Source: Pseudoalteromonas tetraodonis
GTDB lineage: Bacteria; Pseudomonadota; Gammaproteobacteria; Enterobacterales; Alteromonadaceae
Assembly (NCBI RefSeq): GCF_002310835.1
Contig: NZ_CP011041.1
Span: 3,030,001-3,062,000 of the forward strand
DNA length: 32,000 nucleotides
Direction of reading: 5' to 3'
In this document: positions 8,440-17,665 of the stretch, piece after piece
How positions within the stretch are numbered: position 1 is the first letter of the stretch
Layout of the letters: each line of letters begins with the position of its first letter
Position numbers and translations under genes: made by a program
The notes under the pieces: model-generated
What the model was told of the DNA's origin: nothing
The model's input: only the letters and a program-made list of their open reading frames with translations
Database searches by the model: none

Positions 8440-10299
8440 TTAAATTGAAAGTTTATCAACACGTTTACCACCAATAAATAGGTTGATCACCGCACGGGTA
8501 CCTACAATTGCTGTAAACATTGAGGTTAAAATACCAATTGCTAGGGTTACCGCAAAGCCTGCAACAGGACCGGTACCAACAGCAAACAAGATAATCGCCG
8601 CAATTAATGTGGTGATATTGGCATCAAAAATAGTACTAAAGGCGCTATCGTAACCAAAATGAACCGCTTGTTGAGGGCTGCGGCCATCAGCGAGCTCTTC
8701 ACGAATACGCTCAAATATAAGTACGTTCGCATCAACAGCCATACCAACGGTTAGTACAATACCTGCGATACCCGGCAGGGTAAGCGTTGCACCTGGAATT
8801 AACGACATTACACCAATAATAAGTACTAAGTTGGCAGCCAGTGCGATATTCGCAACAAGACCAAAACCTTTGTAGTAAATAAGCATAAAGGCCAGTACAA
8901 ACGCAAAACCTAAGGCTACAGCGGTCATACCTGCTTCAATGTTTTCTTGACCTAGGCTTGGCCCAACCGTACGTTCTTCTACTATTTGAATAGGCGCAAC
9001 CAGTGCACCCGCGCGAAGTAGTAAACTTAAGTTATGTGCTTCAGCGGGGTTATCAATACCAGTAATACGGAATGAACGGTCAAGACGCGCTTGAATGGTT
9101 GCTACGTTAATCACTTCTTCCACTTTAATCGGTGGAAGTGCTTTACCTTCGCTATCTTTTTTACCAGATGGCTTGTACTCAATAAATACGGTAGCCATAC
9201 GTTTACCAATAGCACGTTTGGTGAAGGCATTCATTTTTGCCCCACCTTTACTATCGAGTTTAATGCTTACTTGTGGACGCTGGTACTCATCTGCACCTGA
9301 CTGCGCGCCAGTAATATGGCTACCTTCAAGAATAATGCGCTTTTTTAGTACCACAGGATAACCATCACGGCTCATGATCATTTCAGTACCCGGTGGGATA
9401 CGACCTTGAGCAGCGGCGCTTATGTCAGCATTTTCGTCAACTTCACGAAACTCAAGCGTGGCCGTAGCACCTAAAATCTCTTTAGCGCGAGCGGTATCTT
9501 GAATCCCTGGTAATTGCACAATAATACGTTCAGCACCTTGGCGCTGTACGTTTGGCTCTGCAACCCCAATTTGGTTGATACGGTTACGAATAATCGTTTC
9601 GTTTTGCTTGATGGCATAGTCACGAATTTCTTTTAGCTTTAGCTCACTCATAGTGGCAAAGAATGCGTTATCGTTACTGCTATCATCAATGTAAACGTTT
9701 AATGGGTAACGGCTTTCTAAAAAGCGCTCTGCGGCTTCTTTGTCTTCTTCGTTACGCATTTCTACACGCATACGCTCTGAGCCTGCTACACGGCGCACAC
9801 TACGATAACGTAGTTTTTCTTCGCGCAGGTCGCTACGAAAATCTTGCTCCATTTGCTCAAGCTGATTATCAACCGCAGTGACCATATCGATTTCCATGGT
9901 GAAATGTACACCACCACTTAAATCTAGGCCTAACTTCATTGGGTTACCGCCAAGCGACTTTAACCAAGCCGGTTGTGCCGGTGCCATATTGATAGCTGAG
10001 ATATAATCGTCACTAAGCGAGTTACGCAATAAGTCTTGCGCTTTTAGTTGGTCTTCAACGTTTTTAAAACGAACAAGAATTTGCCCGTCTTCGAGTTTCG
10101 TCGATTTAGCGCTGACGTTATCTTTTTTGAGGATTGCGTTTACTTTGTCTACAACACTGAGGTCGACATCGGTGCCTTTAGCGCCAGAAACTTGTATGGC
10201 CGGATCGCGGCCATACAAGTTTGGTGAAGCATATAAAAGGCCAATGGCTAACACAGCTAAAACAAGTAAATACTTCCAAATTGGAAACTTGTTTAACAC
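8440..10299 (-). CDS. secD: Protein translocase subunit SecD
   Basis: 619 aa, with N-terminus [30 protein letters not shown] matching E. coli SecD. GTG start with AAGGA 8 nt upstream. Confidence 0.95.
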   Translation of the reverse strand: MLNKFPIWKYLLVLAVLAIGLLYASPNLYGRDPAIQVSGAKGTDVDLSVVDKVNAILKKDNVSAKSTKLEDGQILVRFKNVEDQLKAQDLLRNSLSDDYISAINMAPAQPAWLKSLGGNPMKLGLDLSGGVHFTMEIDMVTAVDNQLEQMEQDFRSDLREEKLRYRSVRRVAGSERMRVEMRNEEDKEAAERFLESRYPLNVYIDDSSNDNAFFATMSELKLKEIRDYAIKQNETIIRNRINQIGVAEPNVQRQGAERIIVQLPGIQDTARAKEILGATATLEFREVDENADISAAAQGRIPPGTEMIMSRDGYPVVLKKRIILEGSHITGAQSGADEYQRPQVSIKLDSKGGAKMNAFTKRAIGKRMATVFIEYKPSGKKDSEGKALPPIKVEEVINVATIQARLDRSFRITGIDNPAEAHNLSLLLRAGALVAPIQIVEERTVGPSLGQENIEAGMTAVALGFAFVLAFMLIYYKGFGLVANIALAANLVLIIGVMSLIPGATLTLPGIAGIVLTVGMAVDANVLIFERIREELADGRSPQQAVHFGYDSAFSTIFDANITTLIAAIILFAVGTGPVAGFAVTLAIGILTSMFTAIVGTRAVINLFIGGKRVDKLSI

Positions 10300-10318
10300 G
10301 GGGCCGTCCTTATTATTT

Positions 10319-10654
10319 TTATAGCGACTTCATTGTGCCTTTAGGCAGTACAGCAGATACTGCTGATTTTTGTACAGTTACTTCTGCTTGCTCATTTAAT
10401 GAGATCACGATGAAGTCTTTATCTTCAGCAATTTTTACGATTTTACCCACTAAACCACCTTGGGTTAGCACTTCATCGCCTTTTGCCATCGCGCTCATTA
10501 AGCTTTTATGCTCTTTTACGCGCTTTGCTTGCGGGCGGTAAATTAAAAAGTAAAAAACCAAACCAAAAATCGCTAACATAATTAGCATTTCCATACCGCC
10601 GCCTGCTGCAGGTGCACCAGCGCTTGCATGTGCGTTTGAAATAAATAAACTCAT
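10319..10654 (-). CDS. yajC: Preprotein translocase accessory subunit YajC
   Basis: 111 aa, colinear with E. coli YajC ([10 protein letters not shown]..., [26 protein letters not shown]). Confidence 0.93.
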   Translation of the reverse strand: MSLFISNAHASAGAPAAGGGMEMLIMLAIFGLVFYFLIYRPQAKRVKEHKSLMSAMAKGDEVLTQGGLVGKIVKIAEDKDFIVISLNEQAEVTVQKSAVSAVLPKGTMKSL

Positions 10655-10680
10655 AATACTTCCTCTTTAATTTTTAAATT

Positions 10681-11880
<1,200 letters not shown>

Positions 11881-11946
11881 CTATTACTATTAGCAGTGAG
11901 AAATTCACTGTGCTTAGGAGTAAATAAAAACCGATGACGCTGTAAA

Positions 11947-12978
11947 TTATTTCCGGGTCAAAAACATCGCATCGCCATAGCTAAAAAAGCGATACTGTTG
12001 TTCAATCGCCGTATTGTAAGCGCCCATAATGTTGTCTTGCCCTGCAAAGGCACTAACTAACATGATCAGAGTTGATTCGGGTAAATGGAAGTTAGTTACC
12101 ATGGCATCAACAACGTTAAATTGATAACCCGGAAAAATAAAGATATCGGTATCGCCAAAGTAAGTATCTAGCTTGCCACCATGTATTTTTGCTGCAGACT
12201 CAAGTGAGCGTACTGAAGTTGTACCTATAGCAATCACTCGCCCGCCTTTGGCTTTGGTGCTTGCAACCGCATCAACCACATCTTGTGGCACTTCAATATA
12301 TTCAGAGTGCATGATGTGCTCATCAACACTCTCAACTCTTACAGGCTGAAAGGTGCCAGCACCAACGTGCAAGGTTACAAACGCCATTTGCACGCCTTTA
12401 TCTTTGAGCGCAGCCATGAGTTTATCGTCAAAATGAAGACCTGCCGTAGGTGCAGCAACAGCGCCTGGCTTTTCGCCATATACCGTTTGGTAACGCTCAC
12501 GGTCGGCTTCGTTATCTGGGCGGTCAATATAAGGAGGAAGCGGCATGTGGCCCACATCATTTAAAATATCGAGCACATTTTCACTGCGGTCAAACTCAAG
12601 CTCAAATAAGGTATCATGGCGTGCCACCATAATAGCTTTTGCTTTGCCCTCTAAAATGAGTACATTACCTGGCTTTGGGGATTTACTCGCACGAATATGC
12701 GCAAGTACGCGGTGTTCGTCTAATACGCGTTCAACGAGTACCTCAACTTTACCACCAGACTCTTTTTGACCAAACATACGCGCAGGTATAACCTTGGTAT
12801 TATTAAAAACCAGTAAATCGTTTTCGTTTACAAGCTCAAGTATGTCACTAAATATTTTATGCTCAATCTCACCAGTTGGCCCGTTTAGGCTCAATAAACG
12901 GCTACTCGTTCTATCTGCTTTAGGAAAACGAGCAATTAATTCATCAGGTAAGTCAAAGCTAAAATCAGCTACGCGCAT
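11947..12978 (-). CDS. queA: S-adenosylmethionine:tRNA ribosyltransferase-isomerase
   Basis: [16 protein letters not shown]..., [28 protein letters not shown] and [18 protein letters not shown] are colinear with E. coli QueA. Confidence 0.95.
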   Translation of the reverse strand: MRVADFSFDLPDELIARFPKADRTSSRLLSLNGPTGEIEHKIFSDILELVNENDLLVFNNTKVIPARMFGQKESGGKVEVLVERVLDEHRVLAHIRASKSPKPGNVLILEGKAKAIMVARHDTLFELEFDRSENVLDILNDVGHMPLPPYIDRPDNEADRERYQTVYGEKPGAVAAPTAGLHFDDKLMAALKDKGVQMAFVTLHVGAGTFQPVRVESVDEHIMHSEYIEVPQDVVDAVASTKAKGGRVIAIGTTSVRSLESAAKIHGGKLDTYFGDTDIFIFPGYQFNVVDAMVTNFHLPESTLIMLVSAFAGQDNIMGAYNTAIEQQYRFFSYGDAMFLTRK

Positions 12979-13015
12979 TGTTAGAATTCCACATCATTTA
13001 AAATCGCGCCAAGTG

Positions 13016-13279
13016 TATACCCAAACCACCTCAAAATGCGAGTTTCAGTTGGAATTAAAAGCGATTTAGGCAAGGCATTGATTGCAAATAATAGTGGTTC
13101 TATTATTAATATCAATAACGCAGTATAAATCGCTTTTAAACCAACCCGTGGGCGTTTCACAGGGGCATACTCTCATCGTTGCTACTTCTTGAAAGGGATT
13201 ACCATTACTGCAAAGTATCGCCTTGATATTAAGCCCCTGTGAAGCGCTGAATTCTGCATTTTGAGGTGGTTTGGGTATA
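13016..13279. repeat. Copy 1 of a 264-bp element closed by perfect 24-nt terminal inverted repeats (MITE-like element or structured RNA)
   Basis: TATACCCAAACCACCTCAAAATGC (13016-13039) is the exact reverse complement of 13256-13279. Inside are a 12-bp stem AAAAGCGATTTA/TAAATCGCTTTT (13057-13068 with 13126-13137) enclosing further 6-bp and 8-bp stems, and a 15-bp stem GCGTTTCACAGGGGC/GCCCCTGTGAAGCGC (13152-13166 with 13233-13247). Confidence 0.9.
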
Positions 13280-13538
13280 TTTAAACCAACTCAAAATGCG
13301 AGTTTCAGTTGGAATTAAAAGCGATTTAGGCAAGGCATTGATTGCAAATAATAGTGGTTCTATTATTAATATCAATAACGCAGTATAAATCGCTTTTAAA
13401 CCAACCCGTGGGCGTTTCACAGGGGCATACTCTCATCGTTGCTACTTCTTGAAAGGGATTACCATTACTGCAAAGTATCGCCTTGATATTAAGCCCCTGT
13501 GAAGCGCTGAATTCTGCATTTTGAGGTGGTTTGGGTAT
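13276..13538. repeat. Copy 2 of the same element, sharing 4 nt (TATA) with copy 1
   Basis: 13290-13538 is identical to 13030-13278 (249 nt, period 260). Its left arm differs from copy 1 at 4 positions (CCC to TTT, C to A). The last base of the right arm also differs. Confidence 0.9.
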
Positions 13539-13666
13539 TTAACTATTACTAATGAAGCTCAAGATAACTCCTATATTCTCCCTAATTAGCCACCAATGAA
13601 CTACATTTAAAATAGCGGTTAAATACGCTTGTTCTTATCGCTAAATATCATTACTCTTACTGTTTT

Positions 13667-16228
13667 ATGATCTGCATCTCTCGGAGTGGTACCTACGTGG
13701 CAAAACAGCTTAAATTGCTAATATTGAATGCAAGTAATGATGAGCGCCAGACTATTCGTGCCACGTTAGAGAGGCTTAATGTGTTTGAGTTCATTGAAGC
13801 ATCAGACAGCCAAGACGCCCTAAAAATATTAAAAAATCAAAGCGTAAATATAATCATAACCGGCTTAGATGTAGGTAAAATTGATGGTTGGCGGTTTTCC
13901 CGTATGATCCGCTCTGGATTACTAAACACGCCTAAAAACACGCCTATTTTGCTAATTCCGCCCATTTATTGTGAGCGAATCGCCGAGACTACTGCACGAA
14001 GTTATGGCATAGATGCGGTACTGCCTTTTGAGCGCCAAGATATTCTGCCGCAAATACTCGCAAATGTGTTGTCGAGCCATTTAGAAAAAAGTAGTCGCTT
14101 AAACCTGTTGTTATTAGAACCCTTTGCCAGCAGGGCAAATGATATGAGTGAGCAATTAAAACTTAACTTTGCTATCACCCATGTCACAACTGAAAAAGCG
14201 GCGCTAAGTGCTTATAATCAGCAGCCTTTTGCTATCGTGCTACTGGATGCCACAGCGGCACAAGCAGAAAGCTCAAATCAATTAGTCGAAAAAATTCTGC
14301 AGCATAACCCTCAGCAAGCCATTGTTACTATTATTGATAAAAACGATGCCGATTACGCAGAGCAGTTATTACTTTCAGGCGTTACCGACTTTATTCGCGC
14401 CCCTTACGACCCCTCATTTTTAAATAAAGTCTGTGACCACGCAGCTCGTCGTGAAGACTTTATGGTCAGCTATGCTGAATTTGCCAATAAAGTGCAGCAA
14501 TTAAGTATTAGTGAAGTAAAGTATCGCGACCTGTTTTCAGCACATCAACGTATTTTATTGCACCTAAATACCGTGGTGCTTGAGCTAGACCAGCAAGGCA
14601 ATATTCGCTTTATAAACCCTGCATGGGAGTCTTTGAGTGGTTTTGGGGTTAAATCGACCTTGAAACAGCCATTAACTGCATTTTGTACCAAAGAGTATAA
14701 ACAGTCATTACAATCCACTATTGATGACATTTTACAAGGTGGCGCAAATAAACAAAAAATAGAAGTTAAACTGCAACAAAAAAATGGCAATTCGGTGTGG
14801 GTTGAATGCCGCCTCCAGCTAATAAAAAATAGCAGTAATAACGCGACCATTACCGCCACACTCGATAATATTCATGAGCGTAAGCAAGCTGAGCTTCAAT
14901 TACGCCATTTAGCATTGCATGACACGTTAACCGGCCTACATAATCGTTATTACTTCGACCAACAACTTAACTATATTTGTCAAAGCGAAAATACCTATGC
15001 AAATATTGAGCATGCGCTTATTTATATCGATCTTGATCACTTTAAAATAATCAACGGCAGTAAAGGCCACCAACAAGGCGATATTGTTTTAAAAGAAGTG
15101 GCACAACTGTTTATTGCCAATATTAGTAATGAGCACCTGATCTGCCGTGTGGGTGGCGATGAGTTTGCGGTAATCCTTAAAAACACCAATTTATTAGACG
15201 CACATTTAATTGCAGAGGGGATTTGTAGTGCCATTGAAGGCAACCAATTTAAGTCAGAAGATCAAGTGTATTCAATTAGCTGCTCTATTGGCTTAACACA
15301 AATTACCGCTGATAACTGCGACCCAAATGAATGTTTAAAGCAATCAGATATTGCGTTATATATTGCTAAAAATTTAGGCCGTAACTTAGTACATTGTTAT
15401 TCAAAACAAGATGGTGAAAACAATGCGCTGCAAACGGGCTTAGAATGGGGCCATGGCGTACGCCAAGCTCTACAACAAGACAGTATAGAACTTCATTATC
15501 AACCCATTTGGGATTTTAAAACTAATCAGGTTGCTTACTTTGAAGTACTACTGAGATTAAAGCTCGACGACGAACTTATTTACCCAAATCAGTTTATTCC
15601 CTCATTGGAAATGCTTAACGACACCTTTTTAATGGATCAATGTGTTATTCGTAACAGTATTGCGAGTGTTGCTGCGCACCCAGAGCTTCTTCAGGTTGCA
15701 ATAAATTTATCGGCACAGTCATTTTTAGATGAGCGTTTACTGCCGTTAATAGAGTCGAGCCTCGAAAAATACCAAGTGTCTCCGTCAAAAATTATTTTTG
15801 AAATAACCGAATCGGCTAGCATTAATAATTTGGCTGCCACTCGTAAAATGATTGAACGGTTAAATAATTTAGGCTGCCACTTTTCGATTGATGACTTTGG
15901 TACCGGATTTAGTACCTTTAATTATCTTAAACAATTACCAGCCCAACATGTGAAAATTGACGGCTCATTTGTCCGCGATATGCTTAACGACTCCATTGAT
16001 TTAGCGCTAGTAAAAGCTATAAACGACATCAGTCGGTCACTAGATAAGCGCTCTGTGGCTGAATATGTGGAAACCGCTGAAGTATTTTTTGCACTCAAAG
16101 AAATAGGCGTAGACTACGGGCAAGGCTATTTTATTGCTCGCCCTGTCCCTATCGACAAGGTACTGATTGAATTAGAAAAAATAAAGAACAACCCTATTTT
16201 TTATCAAGATACCCTCACATCACTATAA
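13667..16228 (+). CDS. c-di-GMP signalling protein with two receiver-like domains followed by PAS, GGDEF and EAL
   Basis: PAS region (LELDQQGNIRFINPAWESLSG). GGDEF domain with an intact RVGGDEFAVIL. EAL domain with FEVLLRL, EITE, DDFGTGFS and GQGYF. An alternative GTG start at 13697 has GGAG 10 nt upstream, while the ATG at 13667 has no visible Shine-Dalgarno. Confidence 0.88.
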   Translation: MICISRSGTYVAKQLKLLILNASNDERQTIRATLERLNVFEFIEASDSQDALKILKNQSVNIIITGLDVGKIDGWRFSRMIRSGLLNTPKNTPILLIPPIYCERIAETTARSYGIDAVLPFERQDILPQILANVLSSHLEKSSRLNLLLLEPFASRANDMSEQLKLNFAITHVTTEKAALSAYNQQPFAIVLLDATAAQAESSNQLVEKILQHNPQQAIVTIIDKNDADYAEQLLLSGVTDFIRAPYDPSFLNKVCDHAARREDFMVSYAEFANKVQQLSISEVKYRDLFSAHQRILLHLNTVVLELDQQGNIRFINPAWESLSGFGVKSTLKQPLTAFCTKEYKQSLQSTIDDILQGGANKQKIEVKLQQKNGNSVWVECRLQLIKNSSNNATITATLDNIHERKQAELQLRHLALHDTLTGLHNRYYFDQQLNYICQSENTYANIEHALIYIDLDHFKIINGSKGHQQGDIVLKEVAQLFIANISNEHLICRVGGDEFAVILKNTNLLDAHLIAEGICSAIEGNQFKSEDQVYSISCSIGLTQITADNCDPNECLKQSDIALYIAKNLGRNLVHCYSKQDGENNALQTGLEWGHGVRQALQQDSIELHYQPIWDFKTNQVAYFEVLLRLKLDDELIYPNQFIPSLEMLNDTFLMDQCVIRNSIASVAAHPELLQVAINLSAQSFLDERLLPLIESSLEKYQVSPSKIIFEITESASINNLAATRKMIERLNNLGCHFSIDDFGTGFSTFNYLKQLPAQHVKIDGSFVRDMLNDSIDLALVKAINDISRSLDKRSVAEYVETAEVFFALKEIGVDYGQGYFIARPVPIDKVLIELEKIKNNPIFYQDTLTSL

Positions 16229-16415
16229 ACATTAATAAACAAATTTAAGCAATTTATTACTACCAAAATTGCCCATCTAACCTATACTTTGCTTATCGGC
16301 AGCACAATGTCATGAAAATTAAGTGATTACCTTGATTTTACATGACATCTTTATTTCTTATCGTCTAGATGTCTATACTCTTAAAGATGGACATTTGGTC
16401 ATAAGGAGGATGTTT

Positions 16416-16619
16416 ATGACGCAACTAATCACGTTATTATTGTTTATACACTTTGCTATTGCGCTTCAATGTTACAAGTATGCCCAGATTAAAGGCTACC
16501 CTGTAAAAACCTTTACAGTGCTTGGACTGGTGCCTTACTTCAATGTTGTTGTGTGGGTTTACTTATTGTTTTTACCGCCTCTAGAGAGCTACCATGGCCA
16601 GCACAAGCAGCCACTTTAA
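16416..16619 (+). CDS. Small membrane protein of unknown function (67 aa, two predicted TM helices)
   Basis: TAAGGAGG Shine-Dalgarno 6 nt before the ATG at 16416, so the track's GTG start at 16323 is unlikely. Translation: MTQLITLLLFIHFAIALQCYKYAQIKGYPVKTFTVLGLVPYFNVVVWVYLLFLPPLESYHGQHKQPL. A clean terminator follows. Confidence 0.65.
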   Translation: MTQLITLLLFIHFAIALQCYKYAQIKGYPVKTFTVLGLVPYFNVVVWVYLLFLPPLESYHGQHKQPL

Positions 16620-16634
16620 TTCCCTGTGTTATTG

Positions 16635-16663
16635 AGCGTATTATCTCTAATACGCTTTTTTTT
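16635..16663 (+). terminator. Rho-independent terminator
   Basis: AGCGTATTA-TCTC-TAATACGCT followed by TTTTTTT. Confidence 0.8.
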
Positions 16664-16666
16664 ACG

Positions 16667-17584
16667 TTACTTAAAATCAACACTGCACTGCTTTTTCAAA
16701 AAGACCTCTAACTGTTGGCTAAACAATTTAAAGTCACGAATCCGCCCCGTTGTTTTGCGCCACAGTACACCAATATCACGATAGGCATCACCTTGTGATG
16801 GCGTAGCAAGCATGTTTTTGTTTTCTAAAATACCCGCGTTAATCGCCATTTGCGGTAAAAAAGTCACGCCAAGTTTGTACTCAACCATACTCAATAAAGT
16901 ATGTAAGCTAGCTGCCTCAAAGGGATTTATACAGCTAGAGCGGTTTAAATGGCACGCACTGAGCGCATGCCCAGTCATACAGTGCTCTCGCTCAAGTAAA
17001 AATACACTCGCTTCTGGTAGTAAATTAAAGTCTTCAATGCCTTTAGCTGGTGTGTAGTCTTTATGGTGCACTAAGCTAAAATGATCTTGTGCAAGTACTT
17101 GTGTATGAAATTTATCGGTTTCGTAGGGCAGCGCTAATAGTGCCAAGTCAATTTGCCCATGCTCTAACTTATCAAGTAGCTTGTCGCTGGTATCCTCCAC
17201 TAAAACTAACTCTAAGTCAGCAAACGTTTGCTGACAAAAGTGATAAAGAGGCGCTGCAATAAAGCTCGCAATCGTGGGAATAACACCTACCGTTAATGTG
17301 CCGCTAAGCGGCGTTAAAAAGCTTTTGGTAAGCTCTTTTAAGCTAATAGTGTCGTTAATGATTTTTCTTGAACGCTCAACAACCTCTTCACCAATGGTGG
17401 TAAACATAAGGCTGCGATTTTCTCGTTCTATAAGCTGACACCCTAAGGTCTCTTCTAAGTTTTGAATTGCGGTGCTCAGCGTTGACTGGCCAATAAAGCA
17501 GGCACTTGCTGCGCGGCCAAAATGTTGATGCTGATGCACAGCTAATAAATACTGTAGCTGCTTTATACTAGGGAGATTGGTCAT
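16667..17584 (-). CDS. oxyR: LysR-family redox regulator, OxyR-like
   Basis: N-terminal HTH (IKQLQYLLAVHQHQHFGRAASACFIGQSTLSTAIQNLE). The segment LLEREHCMTGHALSAC aligns without gaps to E. coli OxyR LMLEDGHCLRDQAMGFC, so both redox cysteines (C199 and C208 equivalents) are present. I prefer the ATG at 17584 over the GTG at 17596. Confidence 0.75.
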   Translation of the reverse strand: MTNLPSIKQLQYLLAVHQHQHFGRAASACFIGQSTLSTAIQNLEETLGCQLIERENRSLMFTTIGEEVVERSRKIINDTISLKELTKSFLTPLSGTLTVGVIPTIASFIAAPLYHFCQQTFADLELVLVEDTSDKLLDKLEHGQIDLALLALPYETDKFHTQVLAQDHFSLVHHKDYTPAKGIEDFNLLPEASVFLLEREHCMTGHALSACHLNRSSCINPFEAASLHTLLSMVEYKLGVTFLPQMAINAGILENKNMLATPSQGDAYRDIGVLWRKTTGRIRDFKLFSQQLEVFLKKQCSVDFK

Positions 17585-17599
17585 TTTTCTTTCCACAAA

Positions 17600-17636
17600 T
17601 AAAAAGACCCCAACACCAAGGGCGTTGAGATCTTTT
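17600..17636 (-). terminator. Possible terminator after pitA
   Basis: The minus strand reads CAACGCC-CTT-GGTGTTG (one G-U pair) followed by GGGTCTTTTTATTT. Confidence 0.4.
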
Positions 17637-17665
17637 CAAGCTAAAAGTCTTTTAAGTACTTTTTA

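Noticed and set aside
12794-13069. A 91-aa + strand ORF running from inside queA into the repeat.
   Set aside because: It is antisense to the well-supported queA coding sequence, and its translation is serine/leucine-rich and low-complexity. It is a shadow ORF.
13036-13128. A 30-codon + strand ORF inside each repeat unit (MRVSVGIKSDLGKALIANNSGSIININNAV).
   Set aside because: It has no Shine-Dalgarno, its start codon is buried in the 24-bp closing helix, and the composition looks low-complexity. I treat it as non-coding.
13229-13420. A 63-aa minus-strand ORF from the track (MKRPRVGLKAIYTALLILIIEPLLF...) spanning the junction of the two repeat copies. It has a TM-like hydrophobic stretch.
   Set aside because: It starts at a GTG with no convincing Shine-Dalgarno. 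Its hydrophobic core is encoded by the AT-rich palindromic hairpin A. Its C-terminal third differs between the two copies only because it runs into different flanks. It is more likely a by-product of the repeat than a gene. The copy-1 version is kept only as a low-priority note in the queA finding.
13016-13538. The repeat region considered as a CRISPR array, a retron msr-msd locus or an integron attC site.
   Set aside because: - CRISPR: there are only two units of about 260 bp with no spacer between them and no cas genes.
- Retron: msr-msd needs an adjacent reverse transcriptase, and the downstream gene is a GGDEF-EAL protein.
- Integron: attC sites are much shorter, and no intI is present.
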